Of a DNA stretch of 64,000 nucleotides, positions 47,624 through 56,765 are shown one piece after another. The notes below the pieces were generated by a model that saw only the letters and a program-made list of their open reading frames with translations, was not told the DNA's origin and ran no database searches. The translations under genes were made by a program, and so were the position numbers. The stretch's first letter is position 1; each line of letters starts with the position of its first letter. Where the stretch lies: assembly GCA_963731325.1 (NCBI GenBank), contig CAVSUL010000002.1, forward strand, positions 151,421 to 215,420, written 5' to 3'. This DNA is from an uncultured Verrucomicrobiae bacterium (GTDB taxonomy: Bacteria; Verrucomicrobiota; Verrucomicrobiia; Chthoniobacterales; JAFAMB01).

Positions 47624-48751
47624 ATGCCTGCCAAATCTCCGTCCCGATTGATTTACGCCGCGAGCAATGAATCGGCTGACATGTTCTATGTCACCAAAGT
47701 TTCGGTGCCCGATCCTTTCATTTTCCTCGAACAGAATGGTCGGCGAACGATTATTCTGAATAAGCTCGAACTGAATCGTGGACGGCGGGATGCAGTCGTC
47801 GACGAGGTTGTCGCACTCGATAGCCTCGAGCATCCGCTCGAGAAACGGCTGAAGAAGAAGCCGTCAATCGGACAAGTCCTTACTGATTTTCTGCGTCAAC
47901 GCCGGGTGAAGAGAGCGCTTGTGCCCTTCGATTTTCCGCTCGGTTTGGCCCGGCATCTTGAGCGTGCCGGTGTCGAACTGACTTCGGTCGATGGTTTGTT
48001 CTGGCCCGAACGCGAATCGAAGTCTGTCGAGGAAATCCGGTCAATTCAACACGCGATCCGGATCACCGAAATCGGTTTGGCCCGCGGGATTGAGGTGTTG
48101 CGAGCCTCTAAAATTGGACCGGTTCGGCAGCTGACCTGGTCCGGAAGACGGTTGACCTCAGAGATTCTGCGCGCGGAAATCGATACTGCCATTCTCCGCG
48201 CCGGCGGGGCGCCGGCCGAGACGATCGTAGCTGGAGGCAACCAGGCCTGTGATCCCCACGAGCGAGGCAGCGGACCGCTTCGCGCGAACTCGCTGATCCT
48301 CCTGGACATTTTTCCGCGAGATCCAAAGACCGGGTTCTATGGCGATCTTACGCGCACCGTGGTTCGCGGACAGGCGAGTGAAGCGCAGCGCAAACTGTGG
48401 CAGACCGTTTGTGACGGCCAGGCACTGGCCTTGGACGGGATTCGCATTGGTCGATCAGGCAAAGAATTGCAGGAAAAGGTTTCCACATTTTTCCGCGATC
48501 AAGGATATCCCACCGAGATCCGGAACGGCCGATGGACCGGATTCTTTCATGGGCTTGGGCATGGATTCGGCCTGGACATCCATGAACCACCAAGAATTGC
48601 CATGACAGAATTCAAAAAAGGTCAGGCACTGACGGTCGAGCCCGGTCTCTATCTGCACGGTGTCGGAGGGGTTCGGCAAGAAGACGATGGCGTGGTGGTC
48701 GAAAGCGGGTTTCGCGTCCTCTCCAATTTTCCCAAAGAATTGGAGATCTGA
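47624..48751 (+). CDS. M24-family Xaa-Pro aminopeptidase
   Basis: 375 aa, metal-ligand motifs DLTRTV and HGLGHGFGLDIHE. Confidence 0.85.
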   Translation: MPAKSPSRLIYAASNESADMFYVTKVSVPDPFIFLEQNGRRTIILNKLELNRGRRDAVVDEVVALDSLEHPLEKRLKKKPSIGQVLTDFLRQRRVKRALVPFDFPLGLARHLERAGVELTSVDGLFWPERESKSVEEIRSIQHAIRITEIGLARGIEVLRASKIGPVRQLTWSGRRLTSEILRAEIDTAILRAGGAPAETIVAGGNQACDPHERGSGPLRANSLILLDIFPRDPKTGFYGDLTRTVVRGQASEAQRKLWQTVCDGQALALDGIRIGRSGKELQEKVSTFFRDQGYPTEIRNGRWTGFFHGLGHGFGLDIHEPPRIAMTEFKKGQALTVEPGLYLHGVGGVRQEDDGVVVESGFRVLSNFPKELEI

Positions 48752-48784
48752 GGAAGGAACCAAGGCGCTCTTTGCTGGTGGCCA

Positions 48785-48829
48785 CGCTCCGCGGTCTCAA
48801 AAGCGGCGACAAGTCGCGCGCACTCCAAG
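48785..48829. repeat. Family-1 solo right arm
   Basis: CGCTCCGCGGTCTCAAAAGCGGCGACAAGTCGCGCGCACTCCAAG. No matching left arm in the 35 nt back to the peptidase stop. Confidence 0.8.
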
Positions 48830-48842
48830 ACATCCTCGGCCC

Positions 48843-49409
48843 CTAAAAAACCGTCAAAGCACAGAGGAGCACGATCGCGCCGTAGAGTACGCCGCCGAAC
48901 GTAACCAACCTCCACCGGACCGCGCTTCTGGTGACCCAGGTGATCTGATCGCGCAACAAATACGGCTTTCCGACCCAGAACATTCCGATCGTCAGCCATC
49001 CGTACGCCAGGACGACCAGGAGAAGCCGCGCAAGTTGCGGCTTTAGGAACGCCGCCGAGAGCATCGGTTCAGCAACCAGCAGGGCAAAGATGCCGAGCGC
49101 CCGGGCCGAAAGGAATTCGTCAACAAACAACAGAGTCATCACCGCCAGAACCGGAATGGCAATCAGGATCCAGCTCCGGAATCCGGCGAATTCTCCGAGA
49201 TCCATCGTCGCAGCCAGCCAGAAGCACCAGACCGCATCGACCACAAATAACACACGGCCGAAACCAGACGAGCGCGGCAAGCTGAGCAGCCAGCGTTGAG
49301 TCACCTTCGGCTGCAGCAGGCCATAGAGATGCGTCGCGATCAAGAAAAGGCCGACCACCAATCCGGCGGTTTGCAGACTGAAATGATAAATGCGAGGCGG
49401 ATATTCCAT
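48843..49409 (-). CDS. Hypothetical integral membrane protein
   Basis: 188 aa with about 5-6 hydrophobic helices and no recognisable motif. Lies 4 bp downstream of miaB on the same strand. Confidence 0.5.
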   Translation of the reverse strand: MEYPPRIYHFSLQTAGLVVGLFLIATHLYGLLQPKVTQRWLLSLPRSSGFGRVLFVVDAVWCFWLAATMDLGEFAGFRSWILIAIPVLAVMTLLFVDEFLSARALGIFALLVAEPMLSAAFLKPQLARLLLVVLAYGWLTIGMFWVGKPYLLRDQITWVTRSAVRWRLVTFGGVLYGAIVLLCALTVF

Positions 49410-49413
49410 GCGA

Positions 49414-50778
49414 TCAAAGGACAGATAACGGCACGGGTTGGCCGTAGAGGGTGTACCCGGTCGATTCAGTAATATGGACCTGGACCAGTTGCCCGATATG
49501 TTCGGGCTGCCCGGCGAAAACGACGATCTTGTTTCCCCGGGTTCGACCCGTCAGCCGATACGGGTTTGTTTTGCTTGGGCCTTCGCACAAGATCTCCACG
49601 GTCTGCCCGGTGAAGCGTTGCGCGCGGCGCTTGGCCCAAGTGTTTACCAATCCTAGCAAATCATGATTCCGCGATTCTTTCACCCCTTCCGGAACCTGAT
49701 CCGGCATGACCGCCGCCGGTGTGTCTTTGCGTTTCGAGTATTTAAAAACGAACGCATTATCAAACCCTACCTGGTCAACGATCGTCCGGGTCGCTTCGTA
49801 GTCGGTTTCCGATTCGCCGGGAAACCCAACGATAAGATCGGTGGTGATTGCCATGTGTGGGGCCGCACACCTGATCCGATCGATCAGCTCAAGATATTTT
49901 GCCGCCGTATACGTGCGCCGCATCGCCTTGAGGATCCGGTCCGAACCGGACTGCAGCGGCAGATGGATGTGCTCAACCAGCTTCGACAGCCGGGTGAAAG
50001 CTTCGATGAGGTCGCTCTTAAAGCCGATTGGGTGAGGCGAAGTAAACCGAATCCTCTCGATTCCTTCAATTTCCTGGACGGCCTCGAGCAGTTGCACAAA
50101 GGGGCTTTTGTCTTGGCGGCGCGGAAGTTCGTGCCGAGCGTAGAGATTCACAATCTGGCCGAGCAAAGTCACTTCGCGCACTCCACGTTCAACCAATTCC
50201 TTGATCTCTGTCACTACGTCGTCGATTGAGCGCGCCCGTTCCCCGCCGCGAGTCGAAGGGACGATGCAAAAAGTGCAGCGCATATTGCAGCCCTGCATGA
50301 CAGAAACAAAGGCTGTGACCTGGCGATCAACCAGGAGATGTTCGCGAATGGTGCTTTGCGAATCACGCTCTTCGGCAATATCGACAATCGAGCAGCGGAC
50401 ATCGTCCATTGGTTCCGCCGCTTTTCGGGCGAGCGCTTCCTCGATATAGTCGGCAACCCGATGGAATTTCTGGGTGCCAATCACCAGGTCCAGATGCGGC
50501 ACATCCTGGAAGAGCGAAGCTCCCCGGCTCTGCGCCATGCAACCGAGGAAACCGTAAACGACCGGTCGCCGGCGCGACAGCGCTCCCAGCATCCCCATTT
50601 TTCCGAGAGCCTTTTTCTCAGCGAGATCTCGCACACTGCAGGTGTTCAGCAGCACAACCTCGGCCTCCGTTTCGTTCTTGGTGAGAACGTGGCCTCGGGC
50701 CACCAAAGAGCGCGCAACTTGCTCAGAATCGCGCTCATTCATCTGGCAACCGTAGGTTTTCAGGTAGATCTTGGCCAT
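49414..50778 (-). CDS. miaB: tRNA-2-methylthio-N6-dimethylallyladenosine synthase
   Basis: Start taken at MAKIYLKTYGCQMNERDSE. Radical-SAM CNMRCTFC and a TRAM-like C-terminus. Confidence 0.9.
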   Translation of the reverse strand: MAKIYLKTYGCQMNERDSEQVARSLVARGHVLTKNETEAEVVLLNTCSVRDLAEKKALGKMGMLGALSRRRPVVYGFLGCMAQSRGASLFQDVPHLDLVIGTQKFHRVADYIEEALARKAAEPMDDVRCSIVDIAEERDSQSTIREHLLVDRQVTAFVSVMQGCNMRCTFCIVPSTRGGERARSIDDVVTEIKELVERGVREVTLLGQIVNLYARHELPRRQDKSPFVQLLEAVQEIEGIERIRFTSPHPIGFKSDLIEAFTRLSKLVEHIHLPLQSGSDRILKAMRRTYTAAKYLELIDRIRCAAPHMAITTDLIVGFPGESETDYEATRTIVDQVGFDNAFVFKYSKRKDTPAAVMPDQVPEGVKESRNHDLLGLVNTWAKRRAQRFTGQTVEILCEGPSKTNPYRLTGRTRGNKIVVFAGQPEHIGQLVQVHITESTGYTLYGQPVPLSVL

Positions 50779-50783
50779 GCGGG

Positions 50784-51644
50784 ATGATTCGAGCGCGTAA
50801 GGTAGGCAGAAAAATCGTGTCTGTAAACGGGATGACTGTGCCAGTACCAACTGTTCTCCATCTGCGGTGTTCCCTCAATGAACTTGCACTGACACTGACA
50901 CTGGCAATGACACTAGCCCCGGCAATGACCCCTGCCCGCACAAATGCGAACGTGGCTGAGATCGTACCCGAGCTGCGCTCTGCTCGACAGCTCGTTCTGG
51001 TGAAAACACGCTCCTGGCGAGATCTGAACGCGACAGTCCAGCTGTTTGAACGCCCCATGTCCGGTTCCTGGCAAGCGAGCTCTCCCGCGATGCCAGCTGT
51101 GATCGGATGGCACGGGCTTGGCTGGGGCATCGGCCTTCACGGAACCGGGGTTTCCGGGCAGCCGCAAAAGGTGGAGGGCGATGGCCGATCGCCAGCCGGT
51201 GTGTTCCGGTTTTCCGAAATCTTCGGCAAAGCGGCTCCACGGACCGTCTCCTTTCTCCGCCTGCCTTATCGACAGGTCACCCTGACCATGGAGGCCGTTG
51301 ATGACCCGCGGTCGCGCTTCTACAACCGGATTGTGGATCGAGCCGTGGTTGACCAGCCTGACTGGTTGCATTCGGAAGGAATGGCCCGCGTTGGCGGACA
51401 GTACCATTGGGGGTTAATGGTGGAACACAACTGGCAGCAAATGGCCGGACGGGGCTCGTGCATTTTCCTTCACGTCTGGGCTGGCCCGCATGGTGGCACA
51501 ATTGGCTGTACTGCCCTGAGTGAAGGCGATCTGGAACACCTCTTGCGCTGGCTCGATCCGAGCGCTCAACCGCTGCTTGTGCAATTGCCCGAGTCGGAAA
51601 TTGCCAAACGCGGAAAAGCCTGGGGGCTTCCGGAAGATCAGTAG
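50784..51644 (+). CDS. L,D-transpeptidase (YkuD) family protein; start uncertain
   Basis: Catalytic region GSCIFLHVWAGPHGGTIGCTAL (His ... Gly-Cys). The N-terminal codons ALTLTLAMTLAPAMTPA are encoded by a hexamer array. In-frame alternative starts at ATG 50832 and GTG 50952. Confidence 0.65.
   Translation: MIRARKVGRKIVSVNGMTVPVPTVLHLRCSLNELALTLTLAMTLAPAMTPARTNANVAEIVPELRSARQLVLVKTRSWRDLNATVQLFERPMSGSWQASSPAMPAVIGWHGLGWGIGLHGTGVSGQPQKVEGDGRSPAGVFRFSEIFGKAAPRTVSFLRLPYRQVTLTMEAVDDPRSRFYNRIVDRAVVDQPDWLHSEGMARVGGQYHWGLMVEHNWQQMAGRGSCIFLHVWAGPHGGTIGCTALSEGDLEHLLRWLDPSAQPLLVQLPESEIAKRGKAWGLPEDQ
50887..50934. repeat. Hexamer tandem array, 8 units, inside the 5' end of the L,D-transpeptidase ORF
   Basis: CACTGA CACTGA CACTGG CAATGA CACTAG CCCCGG CAATGA CCCCTG. 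Confidence 0.8.
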
Positions 51645-51721
51645 TCAGTAATCAGTGATCAGTAATTCAGGAGTCGGCATCATTCGCATCGGTCATCGGT
51701 CATCGCTCATCGGTCATTGGT
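51638..51721. repeat. Heptamer tandem array, 12 units, filling a convergent spacer
   Basis: TCAGTAG TCAGTAA TCAGTGA TCAGTAA TTCAGGA GTCGGCA TCATTCG CATCGGT CATCGGT CATCGCT CATCGGT CATTGGT. Confidence 0.9.
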
Positions 51722-52371
51722 CAGCCAACTTCAGCAATTAGTCGTAGATCTGCTACAAAATCATCGAAGGCTTTCTTCTGCTGCGCTTCGTCCGGCGCAC
51801 GAAGAATCGACGATGGATGCACGGTGACCAACGTCCTCTCGGCATACCGCGAAGCAATCCATCGTCCACGGTCTTTCATCACTCGGACAGTCTTTCCGAA
51901 AACCGCTGTTGCTGCGGTCGCTCCGAGACAGACCAGCACTTTCGGCTTGAGCGCCCGTAGCTCGGCCTCAAACCAGCCACGGCATTGCTCGATATCACGT
52001 GCAGTCGGGGTCTGATGAATCCGGCGTTTACCGCGCGGTTCCCATTTGAAATGTTTGACTGCGTTGGTGACGTAGCATGCCGTGCGGTCCGCGCCCGCCG
52101 CTGCCAATGCCCGGTCAAGAATCATTCCAGCCGGTCCAATGAAGGGACGCCCCTCTCGATCTTCCTGGTCACCAGGTTGTTCTCCCAGAAGCACCACTGT
52201 CGAACCCGCCGGGCCCTCGCCAAAAACAGTTTGAGTCGCTTTTTTGGCAAACGGGCAAGCCAGGCAGGTGCGTGCCGCCTCCTTCAACTCAACCAGATCG
52301 GTTGTGTCCGGAACGAAAGGCTTTTCGCAATTCGCGTGATCGGCCATTCGTTTCTTTGAGGTAGCGTTCAT
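51721..52371 (-). CDS. Uracil-DNA glycosylase, family 4
   Basis: Start taken at MNATSKKRMADH. Motifs GEQPGDQED and HPSSILR, plus N-terminal Cys residues (CLACPF) as in Fe-S family-4 UDGs. Confidence 0.85.
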   Translation of the reverse strand: MNATSKKRMADHANCEKPFVPDTTDLVELKEAARTCLACPFAKKATQTVFGEGPAGSTVVLLGEQPGDQEDREGRPFIGPAGMILDRALAAAGADRTACYVTNAVKHFKWEPRGKRRIHQTPTARDIEQCRGWFEAELRALKPKVLVCLGATAATAVFGKTVRVMKDRGRWIASRYAERTLVTVHPSSILRAPDEAQQKKAFDDFVADLRLIAEVG

Positions 52372-52445
52372 GACCGACTCAGCCTGGCCTCTCCTAGTTC
52401 GATCTGCAGCGATTTTTGGTCGTCCGGCGGTAGAAAACAATTTCC

Positions 52446-52607
52446 TTTGGAGTGCGCGCGACTTGTCGCCGCTTTCGGATCGCGCGGAGCGCGGCCATCA
52501 ATAATGCGGTGCTTTTTGGCGAGGAAACTTGGCGCTTCGCAGTTCGGGTCTCCGTTTGGGTCGCGCTTCGCGCGGTTTCAAAGCGGCGACAAGTCGCGCG
52601 CTCCAAA
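52446..52607. repeat. Family-1 inverted-repeat element (162 bp)
   Basis: TTTGGAGTGCGCGCGACTTGTCGCCGCTTTCGGATCGCGCGGAGCG ... 72 nt ... CGCTTCGCGCGGTTTCAAAGCGGCGACAAGTCGCGCGCTCCAAA. The right arm has a 2-nt deletion. Confidence 0.9.
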
Positions 52608-52611
52608 GCGC

Positions 52612-52947
52612 TCAGGTCCCGCCCGTGACGGTGTAACCCTGTTCCCGAAGGTCTTGGGCGAGATCTTTCTCCATTTGTACCGCCGCATCGTAAGGCATCG
52701 GATTAAGGTACTCGTAGAGCTCCGGCAGCAGCCGAATACCGTATTTTTCAACCACCCAAGCTGCTTTGTACCCGTTCTTGTGATTTTCAAAACGGTGCTC
52801 CACCGGAAGCCCCGTCAGCCCGACATAAACACACGGCTTCCTGGGGTCGCGCCTCGGATTGAGACGGAGGATTGATGGATGCTGCAACACTTGGCGACTC
52901 AGCTCGATCACATAGACGTTGTGATGAAACTGCTCGGCCGGATCCAC
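52612..52947 (-). CDS. Small GIY-YIG-like domain protein (hypothetical)
   Basis: 111 aa. NVYVIEL ... CVYVGLTGLPVEHRFENHKNG resembles the GIY / YIG / R..H..G spacing of GIY-YIG modules. The assignment is tentative. Confidence 0.5.
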   Translation of the reverse strand: MDPAEQFHHNVYVIELSRQVLQHPSILRLNPRRDPRKPCVYVGLTGLPVEHRFENHKNGYKAAWVVEKYGIRLLPELYEYLNPMPYDAAVQMEKDLAQDLREQGYTVTGGT

Positions 52948-52978
52948 CGATCGATTATGAAAATCGGGAATGCGAAGG

Positions 52979-55111
52979 TCAATCCGAAGTCGATCGCAGT
53001 TCCCCCTTGCCCGAAGTCAGTTCGCTGACCAGTGAAGTTGCTCTATAAACTTTTTCGAGCGCCTCCAGGATACCGCGTGAATCGACCGACACGGCGCGGC
53101 CCTGCCGGGAATCAAAGGCATAATCCCAGCGCAAGGATTGCAGGTTTCCATCGAAGATGATGCCGACGAATTCACCCGCGCGATTGACTACCGGACTGCC
53201 ACTGTTCCCACCGATGATATCGGCCGTACTCACAAAGTTCAATGGCGTGGTCGGATCCAACTCCGGCTGGCGCTCGATCCAACGCGCGGGCAGGTCAAAC
53301 GGGGCAAGGTTCTTGTGTTCTGCCGACCGCTGGTAAAGACCGCCAAAATTTGTTAACGCCGGAATCGCTTTGCCTTTTTCCTGGTAGCCTGCGACCTGTC
53401 CAAAGGCCAGCCGCAAGCTAAAAGTGGCATCAGGATAGTCGTTCGGACCATGGAGAGCGAAACGCGCCTGGCCGATCGTCTGGTAAGCCTGCTGCTGGAT
53501 CTCAATCTGCTCCTCGATCTTTTTTCGGACTGCCCGCGCGGGAGCGTCAACCTGCTGCGCCAAACGAATCATCGGATCCGAACAGGACTCAAGTGCGCCA
53601 GCGCCGCCGGCATAGAGCTGCCGCCGGACATTGACATCCTTCAATTTAGAGCCAGTAACGAGCTCAAACGCCCGTTCGTCCGGAGATTTTTCAGCAAGGA
53701 CCGAACGGACCCGCGGATCGCTGGCTCCGAGCTGTTCCGCAAAGCTTGTCAGCGAGTTGCCCAGGGTCAGAGCTTCGACGTTATCGTAAATCGGGGCTTC
53801 CGAAAAGAGCTCTAATTCCAGCGAAGTACGCGCCGCATCTTGAAACTCCGGCAGACGTTCTCCGTTCGGTTTGGGACGCTCGGCCGCCGCTCGCACCAGC
53901 GTCCGCGCAATCCAGAATAAGTCGCTATCAAATGCGTCGGCCTTCTTCGCAAATCCGTGGCCCTTCTCGTAAAGATCAAAAATCTTGTCATTGTCAGCAA
54001 TGACACGCTGCGCGGCGGCAATGCGGTTTTCCGCCTCGATGGCGGGTTGAAAACGAGGTTCTTTCGCAAACTCTGTACGCTGCCTGGCCCGCTGCTCCTC
54101 AAGTTGAGTAAAGAACTCCGGATCAAGAAGTCCGCTCGTCGCGCCATTCAAGAATTTCCGCGTATTTTTGACAAAAAAAAGATCTTCATGGATTCGCCGC
54201 GAGTTCTCCAGCGAGCGTTCGCCGAAGGCCGACAAGGACACTTCCCGGCGATACGTTTTATTCAGTAGGTAGGGCAGCACTCGGTCCCGCGTGTCCGCCA
54301 ATTGTGACAGCGTGATCTGCCGTTCCGTTCTCCCCGGATGGCCGCTGACAAAGACAAGGTCGCCGTCAGATGGACCGGTGGCGCTGAATTTCAGATGGTC
54401 GTCGACATGAACCGGTTGACCATTTTCGTAGACTCGGAAAAAGCAGATATCCAGATCGTAGCGCGGATATTCGAAATTGTCCGGATCACCGCCATAATTA
54501 GCCGCCTGCTGCTCGGGAGCAAAAACTAATCTCACATCGGTGTACCTTTTGTACCGGTACAGCTGGTAACTACCGCCCTCGTAAAGAGTGACAACGTCGC
54601 TCCGCAGGCCGGTCTGTTCCTGCGATTTCTTCTCGATATCGGCAATGACGCTTCGGCGAGCAAGGTAAGCTTGCTCAGGAGTCATTCCCGATTTTATCGC
54701 TCCATTAACCTGCGCGGTGACGTCTTCGATCGACTCCAGGACATTGAGTTCCAGATCAAAACAGCGTTTCTCTTCCTTGCGCGAGGCCGCCAAAAAGCCA
54801 TCCCGGAGATAATTATGAGTCGCATCGCTGAACTTTTGCAGATCGTCTGACCCGACGTGCTGATTCGTGATAACCAGTCCATCCTGTGAAACAAACGAGC
54901 CACTGCCACCGTCGGTGAAGCGGACAGAGCTTCTCTGAAGGTGGGCCAACCATTCGGGAGTGGGAGTAAAATGATATTTGTCTTGCAGGAGCTTTGTCGG
55001 CGGAGCGTTAAAAAGCCACATGCCTTCGTCAGCTTTCGCCAGGTTAGCGGTAATGAAAAGATGCGCTCCGGCCAACAGACCGGAGATTACGATTGTCGGA
55101 CGAAAACACAT
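52979..55111 (-). CDS. S46-family dipeptidyl-peptidase (DPP7/DPP11-like)
   Basis: 710 aa. Signal peptide, ADEGMWLFN and GLVITNQHVG N-terminal motifs, catalytic Ser in GGNSGSPVVN. Confidence 0.85.
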   Translation of the reverse strand: MCFRPTIVISGLLAGAHLFITANLAKADEGMWLFNAPPTKLLQDKYHFTPTPEWLAHLQRSSVRFTDGGSGSFVSQDGLVITNQHVGSDDLQKFSDATHNYLRDGFLAASRKEEKRCFDLELNVLESIEDVTAQVNGAIKSGMTPEQAYLARRSVIADIEKKSQEQTGLRSDVVTLYEGGSYQLYRYKRYTDVRLVFAPEQQAANYGGDPDNFEYPRYDLDICFFRVYENGQPVHVDDHLKFSATGPSDGDLVFVSGHPGRTERQITLSQLADTRDRVLPYLLNKTYRREVSLSAFGERSLENSRRIHEDLFFVKNTRKFLNGATSGLLDPEFFTQLEEQRARQRTEFAKEPRFQPAIEAENRIAAAQRVIADNDKIFDLYEKGHGFAKKADAFDSDLFWIARTLVRAAAERPKPNGERLPEFQDAARTSLELELFSEAPIYDNVEALTLGNSLTSFAEQLGASDPRVRSVLAEKSPDERAFELVTGSKLKDVNVRRQLYAGGAGALESCSDPMIRLAQQVDAPARAVRKKIEEQIEIQQQAYQTIGQARFALHGPNDYPDATFSLRLAFGQVAGYQEKGKAIPALTNFGGLYQRSAEHKNLAPFDLPARWIERQPELDPTTPLNFVSTADIIGGNSGSPVVNRAGEFVGIIFDGNLQSLRWDYAFDSRQGRAVSVDSRGILEALEKVYRATSLVSELTSGKGELRSTSD

Positions 55112-55181
55112 GCAATCGAGAAGACACGAACTGAGTTCGATTGCAAGAGCGGCGAGGCAAAATGGTTAGTGATCACGCGCT

Positions 55182-55907
55182 TTGCCTCGACTGCGAGCTG
55201 TGCCATCCTTTGCTTACAGTACACTTGAGCTACTCTTGAGAGTTTGGATCATTATAGCGATCGAAGTTGTGGTGTTTGCCGCGATCCTGTTCGGTGGGGC
55301 GGGAACGCTGGCATGGCCGAGTGGTTGGATCTTTTTGATTGTGATGTTCGGCTCAGCGATCTTGGCCACTGCTGATCTGGTCAGGCGCGATCCAGGGCTA
55401 GTCGAGGAGCGATTGAAGCCGCTGCCGCAAAAGGATCAGCCACTCTGGGATAAGATTCTTTTGCCAGTCCTGGTGACGGTTTTTGTTCCCTGGCTGGCTC
55501 TGATGGGAATTGATGCGGTGCGGTTCCGCTGGTCGGTTATGCCTCGCTGGCTTCAAACGGTCGGCGCGGCCCTTGTCGTCCTCTCGATCTGGGCACAGTA
55601 CCTCGTGTTTCGGGAAAACAGTTTCGCGGCACCCGTTGTGAAGATTCAGCGTGCGCGTGGCCAGCGAGTGATTTCTACCGGTCCCTATGCGGTAGTGCGG
55701 CACCCAATGTATTCCTCGGCGATCGTCTTTCTTGCAGGCACAGCTCTCTTGCTAGGCTCATGGTGGGGATTACTGGGCAGCCTTGCTCTGGACGGTCTCT
55801 TCGCGCTGCGAACAGCGCTCGAAGATCGGGAATTGCACGCGGGCCTTGAGGGCTACGATTGCTACGCGGAACGGGTCCCTTACAAGCTGATACCCAGAAT
55901 CTGGTGA
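55182..55907 (+). CDS. Isoprenylcysteine carboxyl / phospholipid methyltransferase-family membrane protein
   Basis: 241 aa, polytopic, with GPYAVVRHPMYSS motif. TTG start from the ORF track; an in-frame GTG lies at 55200. Confidence 0.7.
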   Translation: MPRLRAVPSFAYSTLELLLRVWIIIAIEVVVFAAILFGGAGTLAWPSGWIFLIVMFGSAILATADLVRRDPGLVEERLKPLPQKDQPLWDKILLPVLVTVFVPWLALMGIDAVRFRWSVMPRWLQTVGAALVVLSIWAQYLVFRENSFAAPVVKIQRARGQRVISTGPYAVVRHPMYSSAIVFLAGTALLLGSWWGLLGSLALDGLFALRTALEDRELHAGLEGYDCYAERVPYKLIPRIW

Positions 55908-55941
55908 CCGCATTCAACATGCTGGTCCACGACGGCACCTA

Positions 55942-56760
55942 TCAGGTTCCCGCGCCTTTGGCGGTCAAAGCGGCTTCTTCTTCGCGCCGCCGTTTTTTCT
56001 CGATAAACCCGCCAATCAGAATGCAAAGCTCGAACAGGATGTACATCGGAGCGCCCATCATCGCCATGGAAACGGCGTCCGGCGTCGGAGCGAGGAACGC
56101 CGCAGCAATGAAGATCAGAAGAAAAGCATAAGCTCGCGTGCGGCGTAAAAGGGCGGTCGACACAATCCCCAGGCGGATCAGCACCAAAATTACCACCGGC
56201 AATTCAAACGCTACGCCAAATCCGACACACGCCTGCGTGGTAAACGAGAAATAGTCACGCACGGTCCAGGTCGGCGACCAATTCATCTGTTGGGCGTCGT
56301 GGAAAAAGAATCTCAAGGTAGGCGGCAAAACGAAAAAGTAGGCAAAAACGACACCGGCCAGGAAAAGGCCGAAGCCGATAGCGACCGCCGGCAGCATCGC
56401 CTTTTTTTCGTGCGGAGTCAGGGCAGGCAAAATGAACTCTGCGGCGAAGTAGATCAGGAAAGGAAACGCGAGGACGATCCCGGCATAAAAGGCGAGCTGG
56501 AAAGAGATCGTCAGCGAATCAGCTACCCCAAGGGAGACCAGCGACTTGAGAAGGTTCGGATCGAGTTTCTGCAGAGGCCATTGCAAAACCGCGACGAGAT
56601 GATGGCGAACCAGGAACGCGAGCATCATGGCCACGCCCAGCGCCATCGCCATTTTCACGATGACCCATCGCAGATCTTCCAGGTGATCCAGGAACGGTTT
56701 GGTCGCTTCGGGATCACCGCCCTCGCGAAATTTGAACAAGTTCGAGAGTTTAAAAGCCAT
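55942..56760 (-). CDS. tatC: Twin-arginine translocase subunit TatC
   Basis: 272 aa. Six-helix TatC pattern and N-terminal PFLDHLEDLR. Confidence 0.9.
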   Translation of the reverse strand: MAFKLSNLFKFREGGDPEATKPFLDHLEDLRWVIVKMAMALGVAMMLAFLVRHHLVAVLQWPLQKLDPNLLKSLVSLGVADSLTISFQLAFYAGIVLAFPFLIYFAAEFILPALTPHEKKAMLPAVAIGFGLFLAGVVFAYFFVLPPTLRFFFHDAQQMNWSPTWTVRDYFSFTTQACVGFGVAFELPVVILVLIRLGIVSTALLRRTRAYAFLLIFIAAAFLAPTPDAVSMAMMGAPMYILFELCILIGGFIEKKRRREEEAALTAKGAGT

Positions 56761-56765
56761 AAGGA

